This document shows, one piece after another, positions 1-10,600 of a stretch of 64,000 bases of DNA. Every line of letters begins with the position of its first letter. The first letter of the stretch is position 1. Both the position numbers and the translations under genes were made by a program. This DNA comes from Candidatus Latescibacterota bacterium (GTDB taxonomy: Bacteria; Latescibacterota; UBA2968): contig OZ242320.1 in NCBI GenBank assembly GCA_965208125.1, forward strand, positions 3,072,001 to 3,136,000, written 5' to 3'. A model generated the notes under the pieces. It did no database searches and had not been told where the DNA came from. It saw nothing but the letters and a program-made list of their open reading frames with translations.

Positions 1-47
1 GCTTGAAACACAAGCCCTAAACTCTCCACCGAAGCGGGGTAACTCCA
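1..47 (+). mobile_element. Right end (IRR) of a probable IS3-family element running in from the left of the window
   Basis: GCT TGA (candidate transposase stop at 4-6), then ...CTCTCCACCGAAGCGGGGTAACTCCA ending in CA-3'. The reverse complement TGGAGTTACCCCG...GGTGGAGAG resembles IS3-family IRs. A second diverged copy lies at 22619-22665. Confidence 0.6.
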
Positions 48-329
48 GTAGCGGTAGAAAACATCTTCTTGTCCGTTCCATATTTCTCTCTTCTTTTTTC
101 CAACTTGTAATACAACGTGTTAAATTTTATAGCATTTAACCTCCTTTTACCGAAAGACCCGATGAGGTATCTTCTAAACAGGACAAGGGGTTATCGGTTG
201 GCAATTTTTGTTTATAGAAACGTTTGCATAATTGAATACTAATCGTATGAATGAACTTTGACTGGTCCGTTGTTTGCTGAAGCCGTAGCAGAGTCAGAAA
301 ATCCTTTTTCCGACTGCGAATTGCTTACT

Positions 330-354
330 GTGGGAGCGGCATTCCTGCCGAGAT
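330..354 (+). repeat. REP-like palindromic unit (GTGGGAGCGGC...GCCGAGA)
   Basis: GTRG head followed by a short GC palindrome, intergenic. Confidence 0.35.
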
Positions 355-486
355 CGCCCAGTCAAGGTTCTATATATAATTAGTATAATTTAATGAAATA
401 AAAAGTTTCTTTAGTAAATATATTAAATTTTATTTAATATTGCAATTAGAAAATATTAATATTTTATTTTTTTCCTATGGTTTGCT

Positions 487-514
487 TTTATGGCGGGCAG
501 TATCGGATTCAAAC
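487..514 (-). repeat. Degenerate duplicate of the tRNA-Val 3' end
   Basis: TTTATGGCGGGCAGTATCGGATTCAAAC vs TTTATGGTGGGCGATACTGGATTCGAAC at 552-579; 22/28 identical by manual alignment. Confidence 0.6.
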
Positions 515-548
515 AAAAAAAGGCCTACGATTTTCTCGTAAGCCTTTC
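515..548 (-). terminator. Intrinsic terminator after tRNA-Val
   Basis: AAAGGC-TACGA/TCGTA-GCCTTT stem with an adjacent A-run (U-tail on the minus strand). Confidence 0.6.
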
Positions 549-555
549 TTCTTTA

Positions 556-632
556 TGGTGGGCGATACTGGATTCGAACCAGTGACCTCCTGCTTGTAAG
601 GCAGGCGCTCTAACCAGCTGAGCTAACCGCCC
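556..632 (-). tRNA. tRNA-Val(TAC)
   Basis: Reverse complement GGGCGGTTAGCTCAGCTGGTTAGAGCGCCTGCCTTACAAGCAGGAGGTCACTGGTTCGAATCCAGTATCGCCCACCA; cloverleaf, TAC anticodon, encoded CCA. Confidence 0.97.
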
Positions 633-644
633 GGATAATGAAAC

Positions 645-899
645 CTATCTCACATCGGTTGATGGCTCCTCTTCTTTCTGCCTGCTGAGCAGGGCTATTG
701 GGATGAATACACAGTAACCGAGCACGAGCAGCAGCGGGGCAAGCGTGAGTGACATAAAACCATCGACTGGCGGTAGGGAGAGAAAAACATAGCCCAGTGC
801 AATGGTGGCAAGCCCAAGTCCAAAAAGCCACATATTCCGTTCTGTATAGGGCAACTTTGGCCGGGGTTTGGGACGTTGTCGCGCTCGGCGAGGAGGCAT
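645..899 (-). CDS. Small two-TM membrane protein (DUF3098-like)
   Basis: Basic N-terminus, two hydrophobic helices, ...GF.SLTLAP.LL..GY pattern; start moved to ATG at 899, just after rplS. Confidence 0.65.
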   Translation of the reverse strand: MPPRRARQRPKPRPKLPYTERNMWLFGLGLATIALGYVFLSLPPVDGFMSLTLAPLLLVLGYCVFIPIALLSRQKEEEPSTDVR

Positions 900-909
900 A
901 ATAGAATTC

Positions 910-1257
910 CTATCGACGTTCTGCAATGCGGGCAGCACGACCGCGCAGATTGCGCAGGTAATAAATTTTTGATCGCCGCACTTTACCGCGACGCAGTACT
1001 TCAATTTTAGCTATGCGAGGCGTGTGCAGCGGAAAGATGCGCTCTACCCCAACGCCACCCGTGCTAATTTTGCGAACCGTAAATGTCGCGTGAATGCCCG
1101 ATCCCCGGTGCTGGATGACCACGCCCTCAAAAAGCTGAATGCGTTCTTTTTCACCTTCTACCACGCGCACCTGCACGCGCACGGTATCGCCGGCTTCAAA
1201 CTCGGGTACGTCATCGCGCAGTTGTGCTTCGGAAACAGATTTCAAAATGGCATCCAT
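910..1257 (-). CDS. rplS: 50S ribosomal protein L19
   Basis: GDTVRV...[11 protein letters not shown]...[16 protein letters not shown]...RRGKVRR; follows trmD. Confidence 0.98.
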   Translation of the reverse strand: MDAILKSVSEAQLRDDVPEFEAGDTVRVQVRVVEGEKERIQLFEGVVIQHRGSGIHATFTVRKISTGGVGVERIFPLHTPRIAKIEVLRRGKVRRSKIYYLRNLRGRAARIAERR

Positions 1258-1301
1258 GATTTACATACTCCTGAAAAAAATTAACGTTCAAACAAAGTTG
1301 G

Positions 1302-1967
1302 TTATTCCAACAAATCGGGGCGTCGCTCAAGCGTGCGTTGTCGCGCGTTGTCGCGTCGCCATTGGGCGACTTTTTTGTGATTTCCGCTGAGCAATGCCTC
1401 TGGCACGGTCAAGCCTTCAAATTCACGAGGCCGCGTGTACCACGCACAATCCAACAGGCCATTTTGAAACGAGTCTTCAAGTGCTGACTCGGCATTGCCA
1501 ATAGCTCCGGGAATTAACCGGATCAATGCATCGATTAAAATGAGGGCGGGCAATTCGCCGCCGCTGAGGACATAATCGCCGATTGAAATTTCATCATCGA
1601 CATAGTTTTCGCGAATGCGCTCATCAATGCCGCGATAGTGACCGCACAATAATACGAGATGATCCGACAAAGACAATTCATTGGCCACAGTTTGCGTAAA
1701 TAACCGCCCTTGAGGCGTGAGAAAAATCACGCGACCACCTGTGGGGAGTGCTTCTATCGCGCGTGCAATGGGTTCGGGTTTGAAGATCATTCCCGCGCCA
1801 CCGCCGTAAGGCGTATCGTCGATTGTTTTGTGCTTGTCGTCTGCGTGGTCTCGAAGGTCGTGCGCCAAAACGTCGATCAATCCCTCATCAATGGCGCGTC
1901 GCGGGATACTGTATTTCAGTACATCCCGAATCAGATCGGGAAAAATTGTGATCACGTCTATTCGCAT
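1302..1967 (-). CDS. trmD: tRNA (guanine-N1)-methyltransferase
   Basis: DDTPYGGGAGM, LLCGHYRGIDER, SIGDYVLSGGE motifs. Confidence 0.98.
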   Translation of the reverse strand: MRIDVITIFPDLIRDVLKYSIPRRAIDEGLIDVLAHDLRDHADDKHKTIDDTPYGGGAGMIFKPEPIARAIEALPTGGRVIFLTPQGRLFTQTVANELSLSDHLVLLCGHYRGIDERIRENYVDDEISIGDYVLSGGELPALILIDALIRLIPGAIGNAESALEDSFQNGLLDCAWYTRPREFEGLTVPEALLSGNHKKVAQWRRDNARQRTLERRPDLLE

Positions 1968-1981
1968 CACAGATGGTCGTC

Positions 1982-2515
1982 CTACAAAAGTCCTTCGATT
2001 TCCTGAACGACAATTTTACCGGCTTTTTGATCTACGTGGACAATCTCGCGTACGGCCGGGATCAATACGTCTTCGCCATTGCGATCTACCACATACACAT
2101 CGTTGGCCGGGTACGACAAGACTTCTACGATATGTCCCACCATTGTGCCGGACGCTGTTTCAACTGGCAATCCCTCGAGTTCAAAAACGTAAAACGAATT
2201 GTCGGGCAAGGGATGCACGGCATCGCGGGGCACTAAAATAAAGTGTTCGCGCAATCGCCCCACATGTTCAGGGGTGTCAATGTCTTGAAATTTGATTGCC
2301 AGGCGCGAACCATAAGCGCGTACATAAGCCACATTCAATACAGAATATGTGCCATTGGGCGCTTCGACGCGCACAGAGTCCAAATCGTCAAATCGTTGCG
2401 GAAAATCGGTCAGCGGCAGCAAAAAAGCTTCACCCCGAATGCCTCGGGGTTTCATAATTTTGCCAACCGTGACAAAGCCTGTGCTGGAGTGGTTTAATTC
2501 AGTATCCGGCTCCAA
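1982..2515 (-). CDS. rimM: Ribosome maturation factor RimM
   Basis: VGKI..PRGIRGE, ANDVYVV, LIPAV; located between rpsP and trmD. Confidence 0.95.
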   Translation of the reverse strand: MEPDTELNHSSTGFVTVGKIMKPRGIRGEAFLLPLTDFPQRFDDLDSVRVEAPNGTYSVLNVAYVRAYGSRLAIKFQDIDTPEHVGRLREHFILVPRDAVHPLPDNSFYVFELEGLPVETASGTMVGHIVEVLSYPANDVYVVDRNGEDVLIPAVREIVHVDQKAGKIVVQEIEGLL

Positions 2516-2518
2516 GAC

Positions 2519-2821
2519 TTATTCCTCAGATGGGGCGTCTGACTCAGCATCCTCAGGTTGTGCGTCCTCATCGGGATTTTGTTTGAGCAGACCCTTTTGG
2601 CGAAATAAACTGCGCACTGTATCGGAGGGCTGTGCGCCTACGTCCAACCAATACCTTATGCGGTCTTCTTTCAATTCGATAATCTGGGGATCTTTTGTCG
2701 GATTATAATGCCCCAGGACCTCAATGAACCGACCGTCGCGAGGTGAAGTGGCATCAGCCGCTACCACGCGGTAGAACGGTGCTTTTTTCGCGCCCATACG
2801 ACGTAAGCGAAGTCGAACCAA
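2519..2821 (-). CDS. rpsP: 30S ribosomal protein S16
   Basis: [27 protein letters not shown]; probable TTG start at 2821 after a GGAG RBS. Confidence 0.97.
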   Translation of the reverse strand: MVRLRLRRMGAKKAPFYRVVAADATSPRDGRFIEVLGHYNPTKDPQIIELKEDRIRYWLDVGAQPSDTVRSLFRQKGLLKQNPDEDAQPEDAESDAPSEE

Positions 2822-2834
2822 ATCAAACTCCTTT

Positions 2835-2863
2835 GTTGGGGCGGGTTTCAAACCCGCCCGTAC
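2835..2863. repeat. REP-like palindrome GGGCGGGTTT-C-AAACCCGCCC
   Basis: Inverted repeat in the ffh-rpsP spacer; a near-identical palindrome lies at 60730-60758. Confidence 0.7.
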
Positions 2864-2886
2864 ATTGGGCGAAAGATCTTTCGCCC

Positions 2887-4212
2887 CTATCCGAACATCG
2901 GAATTGCCATTTTGCCCTGTTTTTCCATACGGGACATGCGTTTCATCATTTTTTGCATCATGCTGAATTGTTTGAGCAATTTGTTGACATCTTGAATGCT
3001 GCGCCCGCTGCCATTTGCAATGCGTTTGCGCCTGCTGCCATTAATAATATGCGGTTTTTCGCGTTCTGCGGGTGTCATTGAATAGATGATGGCCTCAATA
3101 TGCGAGAAGGCCTTTTCATCTACCTGCAAATCCGGCATGGATTTGCTCACTCCGGGAATCATTTTCATCAGTTGATCTAAGGGTCCCATTTGCCTGATTT
3201 GCGCCATTTGCTCGAGAAAATCGTCAAATGTGAACGATGCCGAGCGGAGCTTTTGCTCGACTTTTTTGGCCTGTTCATCGTCAATGGTCGCCTGTGCTTT
3301 TTCCACCAGTGTAACCACATCGCCCATGCCCAATATGCGAGAGGCCATGCGGTCGGGATGAAATGCTTCCAGACCATCGACTTTTTCGCTGACGCCGATG
3401 TATTTAATCGGAACGCCCGCAACCTCGCGGATGGATAAGGCCGCACCGCCGCGGGTGTCGCTGTCCATGCGCGTGAGTATCACACCCGAAAAATTGAGTT
3501 TTTCGTAAAAGGCAGAAGCTGACGATACGGCATCTTGCCCGGTCATGGCGTCGCACACAAACAGAATTTCTGAGGGCGATACGGCTTCGCGGATGCGAAA
3601 TACTTCATCCATTCGCTCGTCATCAACGTGTAGCCGACCCGCCGTGTCGAGAATTACCACATCGAAATTTTCATTTTGCGCCCGATCCATCGCTTGCGTG
3701 CAAATATCGACCGGATCGGTGCCTTCTGACGCCCGATGCACGGGTGCGCCTACTTGCTCGCCGAGTACGCAAAGTTGATCAATTGCTGCGGGACGATAAA
3801 TATCAGCCGCTACGAGCAGGGGTTTTTTGTTTTCCGATACCAATAATCGGGCCAATTTTGCTGCGGCTGTCGTTTTACCCGATCCTTGAAGCCCGACCAT
3901 CATTATTGCTGAGGGCGGCGATTCTGCAAATTGCAATGCGGCATTTTGATTGCCCATCAACGCGATCAATTCGTCGTGGACAACTTTTACAACTTGCTGC
4001 CCGGGCGTGATGCTTTTGAGCACTTCCCGCCCTATGGCGCGGTCTTTGACTCGCGCGATAAACGAGCGGGCGACCTTGTAGTTGACATCTGCCTCGAGCA
4101 ATGCCCGGCGCACCTCTCGCATGGCGTCGTCAATGTTCGATTCGCTCAATCGACCGCGGCTGCGAAGTTGCTTAAATACGCCATTGAGGCGCTCTGTCAA
4201 CATTTCAAACAT
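2887..4212 (-). CDS. ffh: Signal recognition particle protein
   Basis: [21 protein letters not shown], Met-rich M domain. Confidence 0.98.
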   Translation of the reverse strand: MFEMLTERLNGVFKQLRSRGRLSESNIDDAMREVRRALLEADVNYKVARSFIARVKDRAIGREVLKSITPGQQVVKVVHDELIALMGNQNAALQFAESPPSAIMMVGLQGSGKTTAAAKLARLLVSENKKPLLVAADIYRPAAIDQLCVLGEQVGAPVHRASEGTDPVDICTQAMDRAQNENFDVVILDTAGRLHVDDERMDEVFRIREAVSPSEILFVCDAMTGQDAVSSASAFYEKLNFSGVILTRMDSDTRGGAALSIREVAGVPIKYIGVSEKVDGLEAFHPDRMASRILGMGDVVTLVEKAQATIDDEQAKKVEQKLRSASFTFDDFLEQMAQIRQMGPLDQLMKMIPGVSKSMPDLQVDEKAFSHIEAIIYSMTPAEREKPHIINGSRRKRIANGSGRSIQDVNKLLKQFSMMQKMMKRMSRMEKQGKMAIPMFG

Positions 4213-4305
4213 AAAAAACCCTTAAAAATGGCGGGGCAAGACGGAGAAATATAGAAGATTCGTCAATTTTATGCAAGAAATAAGCTGACGAAAACCCCCT
4301 CCTGG

Positions 4306-4962
4306 CTATCCTATTGCCGCCTGGCGAATGGCCTGTACGTTTTTTGCAATAGCCCCGTCGCGAAATACTGCCGAACCCGCTACGAGCACTTGCACGCCGG
4401 CCTGGACCACCCGATGTGCGTTTTCCACGCCAATGCCACCGTCTATTTCTATTTCTACATCTAATTTCTGACGCACAATTTCGGCTTTTAATGTCCGCAC
4501 CCGATCGAGAGATGCCGGCATAAACGACTGACCACCAAAGCCCGGTTCGACCGACATAATGAGTGCGAGGTCCAATTTGGGTAGCAGCGGGAATAACGCC
4601 TCGATCTCCGTGCCAGGGCGCAGGGTAGCACCGGCTTTCATATTGGCTTTTCGGATGTGATCCAACAGTGCGGGTACATCTTCTTCGATCTCGACATGAA
4701 CGGTCAAAATATCTGTGCCCGCATCGGCAAAATCTTGCAGATATTTACCGGGTTCAGAGATCATGAGATGCACGTCCAGCACCAGGTCTGTGGTTTTGCG
4801 AATGGCTTCGACGACCAGCGCACCAAATGTGATATTGGGCACAAAATGCCCGTCCATAATGTCCAGATGGATGTATTCGGCACCGGCCTCTTCGACCAGG
4901 CGCACCTGATTTTCGAGCGTGCGAAAATCGGCAGAGAGAAATGATGGGGCGATTTTTACCAT
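4306..4962 (-). CDS. rpe: Ribulose-phosphate 3-epimerase
   Basis: IAPSFLSADF, HLDIMDGHFVPN, MSVEPGFGGQ, DGGI. Confidence 0.97.
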   Translation of the reverse strand: MVKIAPSFLSADFRTLENQVRLVEEAGAEYIHLDIMDGHFVPNITFGALVVEAIRKTTDLVLDVHLMISEPGKYLQDFADAGTDILTVHVEIEEDVPALLDHIRKANMKAGATLRPGTEIEALFPLLPKLDLALIMSVEPGFGGQSFMPASLDRVRTLKAEIVRQKLDVEIEIDGGIGVENAHRVVQAGVQVLVAGSAVFRDGAIAKNVQAIRQAAIG

Positions 4963-4984
4963 TTTAACCTCAAATAAGACTTTC

Positions 4985-5725
4985 TCACAGTTTACTCACA
5001 ATCAACAGCACAGAAGCCCCGCGTTTTATTGGCGTGCCCGTTTCTGGCTCCTGGCGGATTACGACGTCGGGTTCATAAGCGGTGCTAAATTCGTATCGGA
5101 TATTATTTGGCTGCAGATCGAGCGACAATAACAAACGCCGGGCTTCGTCTAATTTTAGCTCGGTAACCCGGGGCATATTGACAAATGCGCGAGGAGGACC
5201 CGTGCTTACAATCAGTTCGATCTGCGTCCCCTGGGCGACTTTCTCGCCAGCTTTGGGTTTTTGATCAATAATATTGCCCTCTTTTATTTCTGAAGATGAT
5301 ATTTCGATGACTTTACTGACGGTCAAATCTGCCTGTGCTATCCACAACTGAGCCTGTCGCAAAGGGCGGTTGAGAAGATCGGGTACGGCGTGGAGACGCT
5401 GTCCCAGGCTCGGCGCGACATAGACCGTGCGATTGGGTTTTACATGCGAGAGAGCAGACGGATTTTGCCATATAATTTGTCCTGCAGGCACAGAAGCATC
5501 CCAGCGCGGTTCTCGTTCTTTCATGCGCAGGCCCTTGTCTTGCAATTTCGCCTGTGCCTGTGAGGGGGTAAGTCCGATGAGATCGGGAACAGCGACTTCT
5601 ACGCCTTGCCGCACATAGATGGGCATTGCAATTTGATTGACTACAATCAATCCAATTATTGCCGTAAATATGGCACATGCTCCAAAAAGGACGATTTCGC
5701 GCAAAATTTTCAAGGGCAAATTCAT
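4985..5725 (-). CDS. Membrane-anchored triple PASTA-domain protein
   Basis: N-terminal TM helix, then three VPDL...Q.P..G...L.VS repeats; adjacent to rpe. Confidence 0.88.
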   Translation of the reverse strand: MNLPLKILREIVLFGACAIFTAIIGLIVVNQIAMPIYVRQGVEVAVPDLIGLTPSQAQAKLQDKGLRMKEREPRWDASVPAGQIIWQNPSALSHVKPNRTVYVAPSLGQRLHAVPDLLNRPLRQAQLWIAQADLTVSKVIEISSSEIKEGNIIDQKPKAGEKVAQGTQIELIVSTGPPRAFVNMPRVTELKLDEARRLLLSLDLQPNNIRYEFSTAYEPDVVIRQEPETGTPIKRGASVLLIVSKL

Positions 5726-5784
5726 TATTCCAAAATAGCCGGAGGCCCAAATCCTGTCAAGCGCGAATCCCTTGAAGCAAGGGG

Positions 5785-6687
5785 TCAATGCTCAAAGATC
5801 ACCGAAGCGCGATGCGTGATTCCCAGTACTGTATGCCATACTGCGGCATAGTCGATCGCAAAGCCACTTTTTCGTACGCCAAATCCCGCACTCAATCTTT
5901 CCGGGCGGCCGCCTGCACCCGTGCGTAACACGAGTTGGGGGTGGATATGATATATTACCCCTATGCCCGCACCTGTGGAGAAATTCGCTTCTTTCTGTAT
6001 ATCTGCCACCAGCGCGACCCGTGGCATGATGGCAATACCTATTCCCACGGTGCCACTCTGTCCCAAAAGCGATGTGTGCCTGCTACCTGCATTCCAGATT
6101 GTTGCGCCCAGAAAGACGCTTTTGCGCATTTGCAATTTTATCCCCGCATCGAATACCACCCAGTGTTGTGTGGGTATTCCCGTTGTGTTCAGTTGCAAGG
6201 CGCGTATGCCAACGCCCAGGCTCAGTTGTTGAAATACGCGCAGTCCATAACCGAGACCAAATACCTGCTCTTTGTATAGCGCGAATCCAAATCCCGTATA
6301 TCTCACGCCCAGGCCATGGCGCCCAATCCGCAGGCCAGCACTGAACGCATGAGTTGCCAGTTCGGCTATTCCAAAGGGCCGATCATACATGCCAAATAAG
6401 CTTATTCGCTTGCCCCAGACCAGTGCTGCGGGATTCCAATATGCGCCCGAGGCACCGGCTGCCAGTGCCACGCCTGCATCGCCAGTACCTGCTGTATGGG
6501 CGCCAATGGGTTGAAATTCAAAGGCTGCGAAAGATGATGATGGGAGGAGTGAGAAAAGTAAAACAAGGACAATCTGACGATATTTTGTTCGTATAAGCGA
6601 ACTGAGATACAGTTGATCTGGCATGTGAAACCACGTGTGGAATGGGTTGGGAATGTGCGTTTTTTGCAGTTTATCTGCAAATGACAT
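5785..6687 (-). CDS. Outer-membrane beta-barrel protein, PorV/PorQ-like
   Basis: Signal peptide ending SSFA, GA...G.G.A...YWNPA.L motif, amphipathic strands, C-terminal LG.THR.S..F; true start probably downstream of 6687. Confidence 0.65.
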   Translation of the reverse strand: MSFADKLQKTHIPNPFHTWFHMPDQLYLSSLIRTKYRQIVLVLLFSLLPSSSFAAFEFQPIGAHTAGTGDAGVALAAGASGAYWNPAALVWGKRISLFGMYDRPFGIAELATHAFSAGLRIGRHGLGVRYTGFGFALYKEQVFGLGYGLRVFQQLSLGVGIRALQLNTTGIPTQHWVVFDAGIKLQMRKSVFLGATIWNAGSRHTSLLGQSGTVGIGIAIMPRVALVADIQKEANFSTGAGIGVIYHIHPQLVLRTGAGGRPERLSAGFGVRKSGFAIDYAAVWHTVLGITHRASVIFEH

Positions 6688-6925
6688 GCCAGAGTTATGG
6701 TTTAGCCCATAACTCTTTGATATTACACGCCAAAATCTGTTTGTTCTCAGTCAAAACAGGCGTATAACTGTCGGTAATTATGCGACAGAATATTTCAATC
6801 TGTCGCTTGTTATTAGACAAAAAAATTTTTCAATTGCGTGCGTTGATCGCAGTTGCTTTATGGAGAAAAAGAACCGATATTTTGTCTGTCCGGTTTCTGC
6901 GAATCTTTACTGGGGAGAGAAGGCT

Positions 6926-7663
6926 ATGGCTTATTTTACCGACGAAGAAAAATTGCATTTTAAAGAACAGGGGTATGTTGTCAAACGCGATGTGGTGCCG
7001 ATGCATTTGATCGATAAGGCGGTGGATGTGTTGTGGGAGGAGATTGAGGCAGATCGCAACGATCCCGAGACGTGGATCAACGCGGGGCCGAAGGGAAATT
7101 TGAAATGCAGCAGTCATCCCGATGTGCGGGCGACGTTGACGGAAACACCGATTCAGGATATGTGCGAAGAGATGGTGGGTAAAGGGACCCTGGCGGTGTC
7201 GAATTACACATTTGCCAAGATGATTTATCCCGAAGGGCACGACAATTGGACGCCGGCCAGGCATATGCATCTGGATGGCTATACGTGTGAAGGCGTGGTG
7301 GATACCTTTGCGATTGCGGTGACGGTGAATATCAATCACGTCAAGCCTCGCTCGGGTGGGTTTTCGATCTGGCCGGGTGCGCACAAGCGGGCGTATGAGT
7401 ATTTTAAGACGCACAGTCTGGTGAATGGGTTAGATGCATTTCGCAATGAGCAGGGGGAGTATTACGACCTTCCCACGCCGGTCGATGTTACGGGACCGCC
7501 GGGTACGGTGACGTTCTGGCATCATCTGATGTTGCACAGCCCGGGGGTAAATTGCGGGCGGGATATTCGCATGGCGTTTGTGAGTCGATTTCGGCGAAGG
7601 GATAATAACGAGATGCGCTTTGAGACGCCGGATGATATGTGGGCGTATTGGGATGGATTATAA
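6926..7663 (+). CDS. Phytanoyl-CoA dioxygenase (PhyH) family Fe(II)/2OG oxygenase
   Basis: F.EQGYVV, HLD, WPGAH, H(SPGVN)...R facial-triad pattern. Confidence 0.85.
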   Translation: MAYFTDEEKLHFKEQGYVVKRDVVPMHLIDKAVDVLWEEIEADRNDPETWINAGPKGNLKCSSHPDVRATLTETPIQDMCEEMVGKGTLAVSNYTFAKMIYPEGHDNWTPARHMHLDGYTCEGVVDTFAIAVTVNINHVKPRSGGFSIWPGAHKRAYEYFKTHSLVNGLDAFRNEQGEYYDLPTPVDVTGPPGTVTFWHHLMLHSPGVNCGRDIRMAFVSRFRRRDNNEMRFETPDDMWAYWDGL

Positions 7664-7695
7664 GCCGATTCCGCGTTGGAATATCGAAGGATAGG

Positions 7696-10600
7696 ATGGC
7701 GAGTAAAAACGAACAAATAAAAAAACGCAGATCGCGTAGAAAGCGGCCGAGTCCGATGTCGTCAGTGTGGTCGCTGCTGCCCGCGTGTATGCTCAAAGAT
7801 GGCATGGAGATTGCGCGGCAGTTGCGGCAAATACAGCGGCAAAAGCGGCGCGATACAACGCGGTTGAAGAAGCTGAAGGTGCAGGCGGAGCGGTCGGCGG
7901 CGTTGCGGAAAGACCGGGGGGAGAATCCGCTGCATCTGACGTATCCAGAAGCGTTGCCGATTACAGCGCGGAAGGATGAGATTGTCAGGGCGATTCGAGA
8001 ACATCCGGTGGTGATTGTGGCGGGTGAGACGGGGTCGGGGAAGACGACGCAGTTGCCCAAGATGTGTTTGGAGGCCGGTCGCGGTGTGGCGGCGAAAATT
8101 GCGTGTACTCAACCCCGGCGCGTGGCGGCATTGTCGGTGTCGCGGCGGATTGCAGAGGAGTTAAATGTCGCGTGGGGTGCTGAGGTGGGGTGCAAAATAC
8201 GGTTTAAGGATGAGACGGCGCCCGAGACGCGGATCAAGATGATGACGGATGGGATGTTGCTCGCGGAGATCCAGGGCGATCCGAATTTGTATGAGTACGA
8301 TACGGTTATTGTTGATGAGGCGCACGAGCGCAGTTTGAATATCGATTTTTTGCTGGGATATTTGCGCCTGTTGCAAAAGCGTCGCCCCGAGTTGCGAATC
8401 GTGATTACATCGGCGACGATTGATACGGAGGCGTTTTCAAAGGCGTTTGACAATGCGCCTATTATTGAGGTGTCCGGGCGGATGTATCCGGTGGATGTGC
8501 AATACTGGCCTCTGGAAGATCTCGCTGGGGAGACGTATATCGATGCGGCGGTGACCGCAGTGGATATGGTGGTTGATGCAGGGCGAGGCGATGTTCTGGT
8601 CTTTATGCCTACGGAGAAGGATATACACGAGACGCGCAGGCGTTTGGAGGGGCGACACTTCCGCTTTACAGAGGTTTTGCCGCTGTTTGGGCGGTTGACA
8701 GCGGGCGATCAGCAGAAGGTGTTTCACAAGCAGAGATATCGGCGCATTGTGGTGGCGACGAATATTGCGGAGACGTCGATTACGATTCCGGGGATTCGAT
8801 ATGTGATCGATACGGGGCTGGCGCGAATCAGCCGGCACAATCCGCGCAATCAGACGCATCGGCTGCCGGTGGAGGAGGTTTCTCAAAGCAGTGCCAGGCA
8901 ACGGGCAGGGCGGTGTGGGCGCGTGCAAAATGGGGTGTGTATTCGTCTGTACGATGAGAAGAGTTTTCTCGCGCGACCAGAATACACGCAGCCCGAGATT
9001 CAGCGGTCGGATTTGGCCGAGGTCATTTTGCGGATGATTGCGCTGCGGTTGGGCGATGTCGAGACGTTTCCGTTTATTGATCCCCCCCGTTCTCAGGCGA
9101 TTCAGGGGGGTTTTAATGTGTTGAGGGCGTTGGACGCGATTGATGATCACAAGCGTCTGACACCGCTGGGGCGCGATATGGCGCGTTTGCCGCTTGCGCC
9201 GACGGTATCGCGGATGATTTTGCAAGCGCGGAAAGAACGCGCTTTGCGCGAGGTGCTGGTTATTGCGTCGGCAATCAGCATTCAGGACCCGCGCGTGCGA
9301 CCGCTCGAGCAAGAGAAGGCGGCAGACCAGGAGCACCGGCGGTTTGTGGATGGAGAATCGGATTTTATCGCGTTGCTGAATATCTGGAAAGCGTATCACG
9401 ATACGTTTGAGAAATTGAGAACGCAGAGCCAGATGCGGAAGTTTTGCAAGCAGCATTTTTTGTCTTTTAATCGCATGCGCGAATGGCGCGACATTTATAT
9501 GCAGATTCGACACACTCTGCGCGAGATGGGCGATTTTCGGATGAATCGGGACGATGCGGGATACGATGCGATTCATCGGTCGGTGGTGAGCGGGTTGTTG
9601 GGCAATGTGGCGCAAAAGAAGGAAGGCAATATGTATCGCGCGGCGCGCGGGCGCGATGTGATGTTGTTTCCGGGGTCTGGTCTGTTTCAGCGGAAAGAGG
9701 GAAGAGAGAAAGACAAAAAGAGTACGCCTGGTTGGGTGGTGGCTGCGGAGGTGGTGGAGACGTCGCGTTTGTTTGCGCGCACCGTGGCTCGCGTACAGCC
9801 GTCGTGGTTGGTGGAATTGGGCGCGCATTTGTGCCGGGCGTCTTATAAGGAGCCGTTTTACAGCATGCGGTCGGGGCGGGTGCTGGCGACCGAGACTTTG
9901 ACGCTGCACGGTTTGCAGGTGGGGCAAAAGCGCGTGGGGTATGGAGGTGTAGATGCCAGTGCAGCGACGGAGATTTTTATCCGCGAGGCTCTGGTGAATG
10001 ATGAGGTGGCGTTGCCTTATGAATTTGTGGCGCAGAATCGGGATTTGCGCGCGCGCGTGGAAACATGGCAGATGCAACAGCGGTTGATGCAATTTCTGGA
10101 TCTGGACGAGGCTGCGTATCGGTTTTATGCCGAGCGATTGGAGAATATATCTTCTACGCACGATTTGAATCGCCTGATTAAGAGGAAGGGCGCAGATTTT
10201 TTGCTGATGTCCGAGAAGCATCTGGCGGGTGAGCAGGTGGATTTTGATCGGGATGCGTTTCCCAATTTTTTGGAGGTGGATGGCGAACGGGTGCCGCTTT
10301 CTTATGCGTATCGGCCCGGACAGGATCGGGATGGTGTGACGTTGCAACTGCCGTACAAGCTGGTGCATTTTGTACAGTCCGAAGTGCTGGACTGGCTGGT
10401 GCCGGGGTTGTTGGAAGAAAAGATCACGCATTTGTTGCGCGGGCTTCCAAAGAGTATTCGCAAGCGGTTTGTTCCCGTGCCGGATAAGGCGCGAGAGATT
10501 GCCGCGATTTTGCAACCGACGCATGGTGCGTTTTTGGATTCGCTGTCTGCCCATATTTTGAGTCATTATGGTATTGAGATTTCTCAAGGCGATTGGAATG

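Noticed and set aside
48-136. Minus-strand SD (AAGGAGG) with ATG, and a second ATG at 81 reading into the IS end
   Set aside because: First ATG is followed by a stop after two codons and the second frame is cut by the IS3-like end; at most an unidentifiable remnant
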